From Paragordius varius (Eukaryota > Animalia > Nematomorpha), in the NCBI GenBank assembly GCA_964247055.1, contig OZ176057.1:3472001-3536000 (forward strand): a stretch of 64,000 nt of DNA, read 5' to 3'. Below, one piece after another: positions 50,490 through 64,000 of the stretch. A model generated the notes under the pieces. It made no database searches. It saw nothing but the letters and a program-made list of their open reading frames with translations, and was not told where the DNA came from. A program made the position numbers and the translations under genes. Position 1 is the first letter of the stretch, and every line of letters begins with the position of its first letter.

Positions 50490-53400
50490 CTAAAAATTAT
50501 ATACACTGGAAATTAACCATATTTATAATGATATGAGGAACATTAAAAAAACCTTAACAATTGGAATAGCTCAAAATAAAACTGCTTTTGCGGTTTTCCT
50601 AAATTTTAACATAATAAAAACATCTAATAACGAACTTTAAATATTTTGCCATTTTTTTTTAGTTCTTTAGCAATAATCATTACAACAAAATACTAATAAA
50701 AATGAAGATTTTTTCTTATTTTACTATCTATAAACTGTTTGCTTTTATAATGCTTCCTACCTGGATTCAAACATGTGGTAAATTTAAATTTTGCCTAAAT
50801 ATACTTTGTCAAAATAATTCATTTTTCCCTAGGTTAGTGTAAAATTTTTAAGATTACAAAAAACAGGCTTTATATTTGGACCAAATATCTTTATATAGAC
50901 GTTTTAATTATTATATAACGTAAAGCTGTTTGTTGTCTGGCGTGTTTCCAATTTACGGCGGAGGGGGGAATGGTTTCGATTTCGCCTTTCATTAATTAAA
51001 TAACATCAATTTCCGTCTCCATTTTATTTATAGATAAATTATTTTGAATTCAATAATATGGACAAAAGGATTAAGTCGCGGAATCATTTAGTTTTTGGAA
51101 CATTTCGGGAAAAAAGTTTTTTAAAACTGGTCAAGGGAGTAGGGATTTGTTTTCAATTTGATTCATGGGGTATCTAGTGACCCCAGACTATATTTTTGTT
51201 AATATTTATTTAAAAATACAGAAAAAAACGTTTCTTATTTAAATTTATGCTTCTATCCTAATAAATATTAATTAAATAAGAAAAAAATCTAAATATTAGT
51301 TGTGAATGAACAAATATCCATATATTTATTTTTGCAAAATAGCGTGTTTATTTGTTTCTACGCAAAAATTAAAGCTTTGGATTTTAGGTACCCATTTTTA
51401 TTATAAAAATCGTATAAAATAAATTTTCTCAATACTTATATATAATCCCATTTAATGAATAAACAGAAAAAGTGGTTAATTTTGCAGTTTTTTTTTATCG
51501 CACGTCATATTGACTTAATTTTTTTACATAAAATGAGTATTATTAAGTTTTAATAAGTCTTTTTATATTCCGGCTCATCAATGCTATATATAAATAGACA
51601 AACTTTGCCAATGGTTTAAATTTGTTCCATATTTTAAAAAATATTTGATTTCACAAGCCTGGGGTTCCCAAAGACCCCAATGTTCGGATAAATGAAAGTA
51701 ATGTGTTGTGTCCAAAGTGAAACATGAATCGTGGTTCGAAACGGATAAAAATTATTTTATTATATTTTTCCAATTTTCGATAAATTCCTTATTTAGTTTT
51801 TGATTTACGTTAATTAAACAGGATATATTTTGTAATGGTATCGATAATGTTTTTCTATATTTACTTCGTTTGGGGCTGTCTCGAAATTTCCCTCCCCCCC
51901 CCTAGATTTTGCCAATCCCCCCTTATTGGGGAACCACTGCTTTAGTGGACTGCATTATAAGTTTTTTATCTAGTACAAAAGACCAATGTATGATAAGTAT
52001 ATAGAAACAACTTTCAAAATAGCAGTTGATTTACAAAATCAAGCTTTGGGGTTTATTACTACCCCGAATTGCGATCGTATACATAAATAAAAATCTAATG
52101 AAATGTTAAAAGTGTAATATTATCATCTTGAATATAAAACAAAATACATAATTTTTGCGACCGCCAAATCAAAGATACATACAATATTTCCTTAAATGAT
52201 AAATGATGTATCGTATTTCGTCTACAAATATTCACATATGTCAAAAAAGTAATAAATGTTATAAGTTTAAAATACCTATAAAGAGACTAGGAGCAAAAAA
52301 TATAAACAGAATAAGTTTAAACAATAGTCGGTTCAAATATCTTACTTAAATTTTTTTGCTTAATTTAAACCTATTAAACAGTGCAATGTTAACGATTAGT
52401 TAGAGTCATTTTTAAAAACACTCTTATACTTAATTAGTACCTGTATAGCAAATATTTTATATTTTTAAATAAAATGTATTTTTAATATATTAACTTTTCA
52501 TAATATGCTCCCAAAAAATATACCTGATTTAACTGCCATAATTGGTAAACATATAAGGAATACAATCAAGATATTCATAATAATTTTGTATTGTAGAACT
52601 ACGTTATAAATCAAGGTATACAAAAATGAATTAATATAGTTCTTGCCTCACATAAAACTGTTTCTATTTTTGGCTGTCAAGAAGATATAATAAGTGACCA
52701 CATCCAAAAAGGCTATAGGCTATTATTTATTAAATAAAAATAGAATATAAAAAGTAAAGCCTATAAAAAAAAATTTAGGCACCATTTCATAGATATAGTC
52801 AATGGCAATAGTATTTATAAAGGTAATAGTATTTAATTAGGAACATAACGAAATTTTTTTTACCTTTTAAGGGTTTAAATGTTAATTGTATCAAGATTTG
52901 TAAAAGCACCACTCACTGCAAAGCTGACAGATATGATAAAAAATTTCCCAATTTTAGGGGTCGAATTCTGAGATTTGAAACACACAGTTTACGAGTTCGG
53001 GCCCTAGATATTCAATTATCACGTATTTTTATACCTATTTCTAGACACTAATAGCTTTTGTTGCATTTATGACCCTTGTAGGTTTTAATCTTTAAAAACT
53101 CGCCTGCCCAGGTCCAAATCATGGAAAAACTATGCAGTATAACAGGGGTATCCAACACAAATGGCTTGAAGAGTCACATCTATCAAAAGAATTAATTATA
53201 TCAAGACATAAGTGTCAAATAATATTATCTGAACATATATAAATGTGTTTTCATATAAATAACAATAACAAGTAAAAATATAATATTGAAAAATTTTCTG
53301 TTTTATATATTAATATGTGTAAATACAAAAAATTTGATAAAATGCATGGACTTAAACTCATTTTTTTAATATACCTGTGATTCAAAGCTCACAATGAATA

Positions 53401-56400
53401 ATCGAGAAATTATGAGTTTTTCACAAAAGACAAAAGCTTACCTCTCTTATTTCTGCTAAACTGTGTTTAGCAAGCAAATTTTAAATATATTAAAAATATA
53501 TGTATAAGCTACCGAGGAATCTTTTATAATTGTATTACGAATCCGACGTATTAATAAATAATAATAACATGCAATACTTGTTTCACCTAGCATTGATTAT
53601 ATTCTTTAACAGTGACCCATGTGGTTAGATAGGTGGTTATTTTTTAATCATATGGTTTAAAGTGTAATAAAATCACATTCTCGTTTAAAAACTAAACTTT
53701 TGCAAAATATTTTTTTCGATTTTTTTAAAGAGCCACTTAAATTTTTAGTGAGCCACAATTGGCTCCGGGACCATCTGTAAGACACCCCTGCAGTATAACA
53801 TTAGTAGGATCCTTTATTTATTCACGAACACTTGTCCAAACTTGTGAGTTTTCTTTAGTAAGGACTTACAGCTTACAGAATTCAAAAATTTTATGAGACC
53901 AATATGTTAATAGATTATATTATTATATGATGATTATAGTGTAATATTATTGGCAGGTATTGAAAGTTTGAAAAATATTTATTTTACAATTTATTTTAAA
54001 TAATTGGCGACCTCAGGCAAATTTATATTTAAACTTTTATATGTTTATAGGTCAATTTTATGGCCTTTTAACCCCATAATCAAAAAACATTTTTAATTAT
54101 CCAGTTTAAAAAATTCGTTCTTTCATATTTTTTGCTGCCAAATGTTTCACGGTGGAAAATTGTTTTAGTTTGAAAGTATAGTTTTAATTCGGTAGCAATC
54201 AATAGTCATAGATTTTATACATATTAATATAGTTATATTGAAATTCAAAAGCTATATATAAAAAATTAAAAATATTTGATAATTATATTTTAGCCAAGAA
54301 CTCCAAGATTTTTAATATGATTCGCCGAATAAAGCACAACAAGGTATACATTTAAATGTATTTTTAAAATAATTAGTCCTAAATAAATTACCTCTTTTTT
54401 GTATTTGTCGTCAGCTACCAAAGAATTTAAAATGTTTACCGTTTCTTATATAGTTCTAAATGCCTGTATATCAATAATAAATTATTTTAACCGAATAATT
54501 TTTTGTCTGTAGTGTCATGCACTATATTAACAAATATCGTTACATATGCACAAACATTCCATGACCTTTCGGGTTAGTGTATATCCACGATTTAGAATTT
54601 GAAGATTATAAAAAGTATTTAAGGTATTGAGCCAAAATGTATATGCTTACTTGTCTTTTAGACCCATTATACAATATTTTTTTGGTTAGACAAATAAAAA
54701 ATTAAAAATCCTCATCGCAAACTTTTTATTAAATCGACGCAACAGGCAAATAAAGATATATGGTTATTTAATGTAAATAAGTAACTTTAATAATTCAGGC
54801 TACATTTTACCAGCAAAAACTTGATATATTATAAGCTGTCTGTTTCAATCGTGTTTTGGAGCTGTTCGAATTAGGATCTAAAATTCATACTTTTATATAT
54901 TATAATCTTTCTTTATCTGATACATAACAACAATGCTTGATAATTAAATTTTAACTAAATAATCTCAAAACTATAACACATTTAAAAAATTAAGGTCAAC
55001 GATAGAAAACTCCCCTAAAAGGTAAATTAGGACAAAATGATGTAAAGATAATGAAATGTTATATCTTGTAAAAATAGCTTTCAAAACAGCAGTTTATTTA
55101 CAGGAGTGGTACAAAAAAGTTTAGCTAGAATTTTGTTGTAATAAGCATGCTTTTTGGTATATTTGATTATAACATCTATTGCAAACCGCTTAATACGATT
55201 CAAATTGGAGTAACTGGCGACTCCAGGTCAACATTAATATATTTTATTAAAAAACTTAAATCGATGATACCAATAATGCTATCTAAAATATATATTCTAT
55301 CTAATTAAAATTTTGTTTTTAAAAAAATCATATCAATACATCGACTTTAACTTACTAAATAATATAGTTTAGAATCCTCCGAAAATTTAATCTTTATATC
55401 TAGATTTATCGCTAATATCTAAAATAGTAAAATTAGCCACGTGTTTATTTTTGCATTCAGGTTTATCCATAAAATCAAGAATATCACATTACAGAGTTTT
55501 ATATTTTGGTGATTTTATATAAATGCAGCTTTTGAAATGGTTTTAATTCCAAATATTATAAAACATTTGATTATAAAAGGACTTAGGCCTAAATGTAAAG
55601 AGTGAGTCCAATATCTTAAATAACTTAGAGGATATTTTGAAAATAGTCTAGGCTGCAAAACTTTCTAAGAAATACTTAAATACTGGACTAATGGTTCAAA
55701 ATATGAGATGTCAACATTTCAATTTGGGATAGTTATGTATCTCAGAGTTAAAATATTTAAAAAATTAATTAATATTTAGCCAAATTTAAAAATATTTTAG
55801 CTTATAGGCGCTTAACACTGTGTCCATAAAAAACAACCTGTTAAAATATATATTCTGATATAAAAAGTATCAAAATTATTAGAATGCTTTTATTGACCCT
55901 TACTAGTGTTATAGGAAAGTTATCCCTTCACACTTTTGTAGTAAGCGCGCGTAAAAAAAGCAAAATTTAGCCAAATTTTTGTATTAATTTATTTTTGGAG
56001 AAAGCTCAATGATTTATTCCAAAAAGTATCATAAAAAACAAAATTATATTAAATTGTTGATTTAGATAGAATCTCCGAACTAAATCTTTTCGCTCTTCTA
56101 AAATGGGGTAGCTCTAAAAAAACGCAAAATTGCCGAGATTGCTGGAAAAATTTTGATATGCTTAATTTTGACATAAAAAAATATTATTAAAAATCGATAT
56201 TTTTAATTTTCAGCAAAATTCTGTTGAAGTTTATTTAATAGTAGTTTAGGACGATGGCAACGTTATAAAAAGATAGATAAAATAAAAAAACTTTTTTTAT
56301 ATTATTTGATGTGCTGTACATTTCTGTTACCTAAAATATTCGTTCTCCTTTAAATTTTTTCAAATTAAATAGTGTTTTTTATATAGTTTTACCAAAATTT

Positions 56401-58992
56401 AAAAGTAGAACCTTTTTGAAATATGTCCCACATCATCAAATTATATAAAAAAATGTTATTATAATATCTAAAAGCGTATATACATCGAAAAAAGTATGAA
56501 GTATGTTTCAATGGAATTTCGTAAAATTTAAAAAAAATTTATATAAAAAATGTGCTCAAATTCTGGTATTATCTGATAAGGAGCACTTACTACAAAAAAT
56601 CACTCGTAATAGCCAAAGCCAAAATACCATGACAATCTTGATTCATTTTCAGATATTTTATCAGGTTATTTTTTGAATACCCACTTCCCATTTCGGACTC
56701 ATTGCAATACATAATTTAGTAAAAAAATAAAAAATGTAAATCATCATATTAAAATTTTTCTCTGCATTATTTCTTAAATTTTAAATCGTAATGCATTAGC
56801 CAAATATATACAAAAATTTAAATAATGTGATAATTAAAGTAAGTCAGATAATTTTAAAAGCTTGGTATATTTTGAATTTAAAAAACTGTTAATTTTAACA
56901 CTTGGATACACATTCATTTTAGTCATTCGATTCAAATTGGGGTAGTTAAATGCCGGAGGCCTGTTTAACACCTCGATTCAAATTGGGGTATCTAAATACC
57001 CCAGACTAATTTTGAGTTAGGATTTTTAAAAAAACTACTGAAGGAAACGGTCCCAATTTAAATTTATGCTTCTATCCTAATACAAATTATATAAATATGC
57101 CAAAATATCTTAATAATTTTGTTTTGAAAAAAAAGTTCCATGTCAAACTACTTCGACGCCATTTTTATTTTAAAAAAATTTTGCATATCGTCTTCATTTG
57201 AATTTAAGGGTAAATTTAAAGTAATTTTTTATTAAATTATATCTAGCATAGTTAGAAATAGAAAAAGCTGTTCAATTTGTATTATTTTTCAATTTTACCA
57301 TTGCATGCATGTCACGTGGACCAAATTTTTACCTCTCGGTTTTAGCTCAAAATAAAATATTTTTTAATAATTTTTTTTATTTCGGTTTATTAATGTTATA
57401 TAAGTGCAAGATTTTGCCATGGTTTCGATTCCTTCCATATTTTTTAAAGAATTTAATTTTAAACAGGCCTGGGGTATTTAACTACCCCAATTTGAATCGA
57501 AGGACTAAAATGAATGTGTTGTATCCAATTGTTAAAATTAAATTGTTTAAAAAATATGGAAGAAATCGAAACCATGGAAAAATTTTGCACTTATATAACA
57601 TTAATAAACCGAAATATATAAAAATATTTATTCAACAATATTGATATTACTAATTTTAAGCAAAAACCGAAATATAAAAATTTAGTCAAAGGTTAAAAAA
57701 TAATACAGAATAAACTATTTCTAACAATGTATATAAAAATTTAGCCTTAATTTCACCCTTAAACTTAAATAAAGACGATATTTTTCAAAAACTTTCTAAA
57801 ATATAAATAACGTCGAAGTAGTTTGATATGGAAATTTTTTATAAAACCAAATTTTATTTAGATATTTTGGCTTATTTATATATTTTTAATTGGATAGAGG
57901 CATAAATCTAAATTGGGACCGTTTCTTTCACTAGTTTTTTAAAAATCCTAACTTAAATTTAGTCTGGGGTATTTAGATACCCCAATTTAAATCGAAGTGT
58001 TAATAGAGTTTGGAGCTGTCTCTATGGACTCTATGTTTCAACTAATATAAGCAATCTCTAACAGGAGATTATGTTTGATAATGAAATTTTATTAAAAGAT
58101 CAGTATATTTAGAGGATTTATCTCTGGGGTAGAAACTATCCCAATATGTCAATGCGGAATGAAAAGGCATGCAATGAATTTATGTAAATATTTATTTAAC
58201 ACTTCGATTCAAATAGGGGTATTTAAATACCCCAGACTAAATATGAGTTAGGATTTTTAAAAAACTACGAAGGAAACGGTCCCAATTTAAATTTATGCTT
58301 CTATCCTAATAAAATTTATATAAATATGACAAAATATCTAAACAAAATTTTGTTTTGAAAAAAAAGTTCCATGTCAAACTACTTGGCTGCCCTTTTTATT
58401 TTACAAAAATTTTGCAAAATATCATGTTTATTTAATTCTAACGTTAAAATTAAAGCGAATTGTTTATTTAAATTACATCTACATTGATAGATATAAAAAA
58501 GTGTTCATTTGAATTATTTTTCAATTTTACCATTGCACGCATGTCACGTTGACCAAATTTTTACCTTTCGGTTTTAGCTAAAAATAAATAATATCATGTG
58601 TTTTTGAATAAAATTTTTTATATATTTGGGTTTATTAATGTTATATAAGTGCAAGATTTTGCCATGGTTTCGATTCATTCCATATTTTTAAAAAAAGTCA
58701 ATTATAAACAGGCCTGGGGTATTTAACTACCCCAATTTGAATCGAAGTGCTAAAATGAATGTGTTTTCATTTGTAAATTGTTTCTATTTATTAAATTATA
58801 TGATAGGCACTAAATTATAGCCTTTACTTTCAAAATATTATGAAATGCCACTAGAATGCTCTAAAATTACCAGGAGTTTTATAAATATTTAATTTTAATA
58901 TTTACTGACCAATTTATAAATAAACTTATAATATTTTATAGTTAATTTTTGATAAGTAACTTGAATTCAAAAAATTATGTTTTTAACTATTT

Positions 58993-61337
58993 ATGATATT
59001 TTCGACTGTATTTACTTCAGTTGGAGTTTTTTTGGCATCCCTCGTTTACTACTATCGTTATGCCTTATTCGGATTTCTAAACAGAAAATATATTTATCCA
59101 GATTATTTTAAAGACAAAGTTATTGTTATTACAGGAGCGAATTCCGGTTTGGGAGAAGGTTGGCTTGATAATATTATTGATTCGAATTTTTATTTTTTTG
59201 GTTGCAAACAATTTGGCATTTGGATTTTACTAATTTTATTTTAAAAAACGACTATCAATTTTTTTAGCATTGTCCTATGTCGGTGTTCAACTTGGTGCCA
59301 AAGTAATCATGACTGGTCGAAACATTATGAAATTGGAGGCTTCAAGGCAAAGATTATTGCAAAAAATTGGGGTAGCCGTTTTTTCGTAATATCGAATTAA
59401 TCGAACCGCAAATTTTTTAGTTTTTTATCTTTTACTTATAGGGTGTTAAGCACCAACCTATGGTTTCTTTGCTAGATGTTTCAAAACTCGAATCTTTACA
59501 ACGATTTGTGGGCGAATATTTACAGTTGTTTGAGGGTCAACCGCCTGATATACTTGTTAACAATGCTGGTATTTCATTTCGGGGCGATATTGTAAGTACT
59601 GAAACCAACGTAGACCGAATGCTTATGGAAACAAATTATTTTGGGCCTTTGCAACTTATTAAAGGTCTTTTTTCTTTTAGTTATTTTATAATTTGTTTTT
59701 AAATTCTAGGGCTAAAATAATTATAAAATTTATTATATACATAAACTAGCGTAAATCTCGTGCTGCTACGCAGCCCGAGGAAGTCCTTCGGACTTCTGGG
59801 GGGAGGGGGTTATTTGAAAAAAGGGACAATAAAATGATCTACATATGTGGATTATTTCGAAAAATTATTTAATAGCTATGATTTCATAGGAATCTTAAAA
59901 CGGTGCATTCATACTAATTTATTGTTTACTTGGGGGAGAAATAGATTTAAAAAATTATTTTTGTGGACTTTGTTTTTTTTTGATAAAAATGGCATTTTAC
60001 GGGGGTAGCGGGTAAAAAAAGGGTCTAAATCAAAAAAGTGAGTCGACTATGTTCAGCGCGATCAAAAATAAGTAAACAAAAATCATATTTGAAATTGAAT
60101 GGGCCAACACGTTCTCCAAAAAATTGACTTAACCCATTTTTCACACGGGGTGGGCCCGAACTGGGGACCTAATTCCAAAAAAGGGCGAAGCTATTGTCGG
60201 GGCATTCATTAATGATTAAATTTTTTCGATGTTTGGATTTGATTGGGTTCACCGGTTTTCCGGAAACAGATCACAAAGTTATATGAAAAATCAGTTTTTA
60301 GCGGTTAGCTCCTTACCCAGCAGCTATCATCAAATAAACGGTAGACTAAAATTTTTGCCTTTTAACAGGGAATACGTGGAATCCATATAGAATTTTTACG
60401 GTCTCATACCTAGGGCGAAAAATCGATTTAAAAAATTATTTTTGTGGACTTTGTTTTTTGAAAAAGGTGGCATTTTACGGGGGGAGCGGGTAAAAAGAGG
60501 GCCTAAATCAAAAAAGTGGCTCGGCTATGTTCGGCGCAATCGAAAATAAGTAAACAATAATCATATTTGAAATTGAATGGTCCAACACGTTCTCCGGAAA
60601 ATTGTCTCAAAGACACGATTTTTGTGGACTTCTGTTTTCAAAAAAAAACCGTTTTTCATACGGGGTGGGCCCGAACTGGGGGCCTATTTCAAAAAAAGGG
60701 CGAAGCTATTGTCGGGGCATTCATTAATGATTATATTTTTTCGATATTTGGATTTGATTGGGTCTACCGGTTTTCCTGTACCAGATCACAAAGCCAGCAT
60801 TTTCCATTTTTATAAATATATAGATTACACTCTTTCTCTATACTCGAGCTTTGTTCCTTTTCATTTTTGGTAATCAACAGAAATTATATTTATGTTATCG
60901 TAATTTGTATATATAAATTGGATTGAAAGGATCCATAGGCATGGGCATTGCTTGATATGTGATAATTATAAAGAAACTTTATTGTAGTATACCAAAAATA
61001 AGATATATTTAAGAATGATTAACAATGAGTTTTGAAATATGACCTAACCCTATAGCTTAAAGGCCTAATTTTAAAAAAATACGGATATTAAATACAGTTA
61101 ATCTTATAAAAATCAAATTTTTTGTGGTATCTTTAACAAAAAAACTTGACTTTTATGATATATAAACAGCCATTTATACTCATCAAAATGTTAATTTTTA
61201 ACCCTTTAAGAATTTTTAAACATTTTTAGCTTTCCTACCGCTCATGATTCAGAATGGTCAGGCCCGCACTCACGAATATGTCATAGTTAATGTTAATAGT
61301 TTACAAGGAAAATTGGCTATACCATTTCGATCGGCTT
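58993..61337 (+). CDS. DHRS7B: Short-chain dehydrogenase/reductase, DHRS7B-like; exons 1-4, remainder not found in the window
   Basis: Exons 58993-59158 (N-terminal anchor, VITGANSGLG), 59268-59371, 59442-59664 (DILVNNAGISFRG..METNYFGP) and 61230-61337 (VNSLQGKLAIPFRSA-Y); the intron falls inside the Tyr codon of YxxxK. Confidence 0.85.
59746..60824 (-). mobile_element. Related Helitron in DHRS7B intron 3 with an internal direct duplication
   Basis: A|TCTATATA...CTAG|T termini; 59950-60290 duplicates 60430-60790. Confidence 0.7.
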
Positions 61338-64000
61338 GTAAGCGAAATTTGTTGCATTTAAAATATTTCTATGCTCTTTTTTAAGGTTAAACTTTGTCAT
61401 ATATATCTATACGAATTTTAAAGTTTTAATGAACATATAAAATATGAATAAAGACATAAAACGAAACTTTAAGTTTTTCTAATAAAAGGGGGGTAAAAAA
61501 ATAAACGAACTGTGTTTTATCTAGAATAATAAGTAATCCTTTGGAAAAGAAGACCTCAAAAATTTAGGGGCAAAAATGCGCCCAAAAAGAAATATTCCAT
61601 TTTTTCATTTTTGACTAGAAATAGATTTTTGTTCATATTTTTATAACTTATTGAGCAAACATGATAAAACTTTTATATATTATATAAAACCTAATATATT
61701 CTTAATAAAAATAAAATTATTATTTGTTAATTACACAAAAATAGAAATTCGTAAATTTTATGACATTGTCGAAATAAATTATAAAAAAATTATTTGTAAT
61801 AACTCCATATTATTATTATTTAAGTTTATGACTTATCTATAACATACCAAAGTGTATATCTAATAAAGGCTATGTATTTTAAGTCCCTCAAAAGATTTGT
61901 ACTTTTTGAAATATTTTCTTTATTTTGTTTCATTTCTTATATGCTTCTAACTGTTTCATAAACACATAAAGCCGCAATTTTCAATGCGAAATAACCAGAA
62001 AAATTACAAGATTATGAAATTCCTATTACATTACTTTGGATAAATGTTTATATATTATTTAATCTATAGATAATAAATTTAATTAAAGACCTTTTGATAT
62101 ACAGAGGGCAGCATCGGAAATATAAATAGCTTTTTTGCAACTGCTATATTCTATATTCAGCTTATTATAAAAATTTATGTTGCAAAAAAAAATTTTTCTT
62201 GCAAAAAAATTATTCTGACATTTTTAAATAATTTACCAGAAACTCTATTGCTCAAATTATAAATCAAACAATTGTTACAATTATATATATTGGAAAACTG
62301 ATAACACTGGACAACAAATTTTTCTGCCACTCGAGTTTTTTGCATTTTCTGATATTTAGTATCATTTTAACAGTAAGTCTGAAATAAAAATTATAACTTG
62401 ATGGATGAATTTTATAAAATTTGATATATTTGATTATGCGCCATCTAAATAAAAATTTTACTAAATGTTTTTTTTGAAAATATACAAGTAATGCCCATTT
62501 GTAATATATCATTCGAAAGAGTAATAAAAACTCTATAAAATGCATACTAATATGTATTACATCGACAGTTAATATTGGACACAAAGAGCGACAAACGGCC
62601 AAGCGAGAGCATTTTTTTTAATTATTATATTTTTAAAACTAATGGATGAAAATAGCTCAAACTTTGTTTAGATGGTGATGAATGTCCAAAAAAGATAACA
62701 CAGGAAAGTTTTTTGATTAAAACATTTTTTTATAGCTTTTATTCGCTCAAAACAGCCATTTTTAAGTTTTTTATTTTTTAAAATTTACCATCTCATCAAT
62801 ATTAATTTATTTTCTTTACGAGGCTGATAATTTCGAAATTTTGAAGATAAAAACAAAGTTTAAGGTATATTTTTGATCTTTCATAGCCATTATATAAATT
62901 TACAGTTATAACTATGCATTTTAGTAGCCACTAGGTAAAATATTTATGATAATAATAATTTTTATTAAAAAAGCAAACCACAAGCCTTTTTCAAACATTT
63001 TTTTAAATTAAATACTAATATAAGCCTATTAATTATATTAAAATAATTTATATGATTTCCAAATTAGTTTGTCTGTTAAAATTTTTGACTTATTTAGGGA
63101 TTGAAAATATCGACCATTTAAATCCAAATAACTTTTACATCCGATTGATTTAAATGACTTACTACCATTAAAAGATGCAGTTTTTTGCGCTCTTTCGAAT
63201 GATATAAAATACATGGCTTCATATAAACTTTTAATTTTCGAAATTTCGAGTTTAATGTTAAATCGGGGCCAAAAATTATCGATAAACTCTAAAATAAAAA
63301 AATTTCATGCTAGACCAATTTTCTTTTCAGATATGCTAATTATGTACTTTAATGAAATAAATTTTAAATTTACAAGAATGGCAGTTAAAAAAAGTTAAAA
63401 TTTGTTGTCTAGTGTAATAAATGGATATTTTTATTCAATAGATTTTTTAGCATTCATTTACTATAAGAATATATAATTAAGTTTCTAAATTTAAAAAAAA
63501 TGTTCCGGTCTTATCAAGATAGTGTCAAATAAAAACTACGTTTGTAAAAATTGCTGCTGCAACATCTCTTTAAACACTCCCAACCATTTGATACACAATG
63601 AATCTGATTATGAAACAGTTGTTCAATTCAAATAATTAGGTCACATATAGGCTATCATGCATTCAAACAAATTCTAAATATAAACATTAATGATGCTCTC
63701 AATCGCACTTCTTGGAGAAAAAAATACGACAAACTTCAAATCTGAAGATAGTCTAACCCAACAAAAACACTTCAAATACATATAAGAATTTTAATTTATC
63801 TATACACAATGAATACATTATTCAGACATAAAATGATTCCAATAGTATTCACCAACTATTGGAACTATTATAGTTTTTTTCTATATGATTGAGCGTTTGA
63901 TGGAATTGTTCTTCATCCTGGTCTGTAGCCCTCCACCGGGAATTGGTATAATTACCTTGCTGGGGGCTCATATTTCCTTGTAATAAATTAATTTCTCAGC

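Noticed and set aside
54442-54572. Possible signal-peptide micro-exons (MFTVSYIVLNA / SCTILTNIVTYAQTFHDLS)
   Set aside because: No convincing downstream phase-1 coding exon was found.
63540-63976. 43-codon minus-strand frame (..SPQQG..DEEQFHQTL..) and nearby DALNRTSWRK
   Set aside because: More like decayed LINE endonuclease and RT-tail fragments than a host exon; the window edge prevents a decision.
1-64000. CRISPR arrays, rRNA/tRNA genes, prokaryotic operons or defence systems
   Set aside because: None seen; the window has spliceosomal introns and eukaryotic transposons, and its repeats are MITEs, Helitrons and microsatellites.

Overview
Very AT-rich, intron-rich eukaryotic (invertebrate-like) genomic DNA; the organism cannot be identified from this window. 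Most entries in the ORF track are spurious or are exon fragments. Manual exon assembly (GT-AG sites, phase arithmetic) gives the following. (1) A cluster at 3.4-21 kb of small secreted cysteine-rich peptide genes that the ORF track misses. In each of three loci, one signal-peptide exon ending in phase 1 faces 2-4 phase-1 terminal exons, each with its own stop codon and encoding a different Gly/Pro-rich, mostly Arg-rich 6-Cys (once 8-Cys) peptide. Loci A and B (- strand) are tandem duplicates; locus C (+ strand) is head-to-head with B. (2) A complete 13-exon, 625-aa secreted animal heme peroxidase. (3) A secreted Asn-glycosylated multi-exon protein with a Cys-rich module. (4) A separate 8-Cys helical-hairpin-like peptide gene whose signal exon is 1 nt out of frame. 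(5) The first four exons of a DHRS7B-like short-chain dehydrogenase. The rest is largely transposon-derived: a full-length RTE-clade LINE with a 14-bp TSD and an HDV-like ribozyme fold at its exact 5' end, a truncated RTE-like RT, a hAT transposase, Helitrons, and piggyBac-, hAT- and Tc1-type MITEs, some nested. All splice models are predictions and need RNA evidence.
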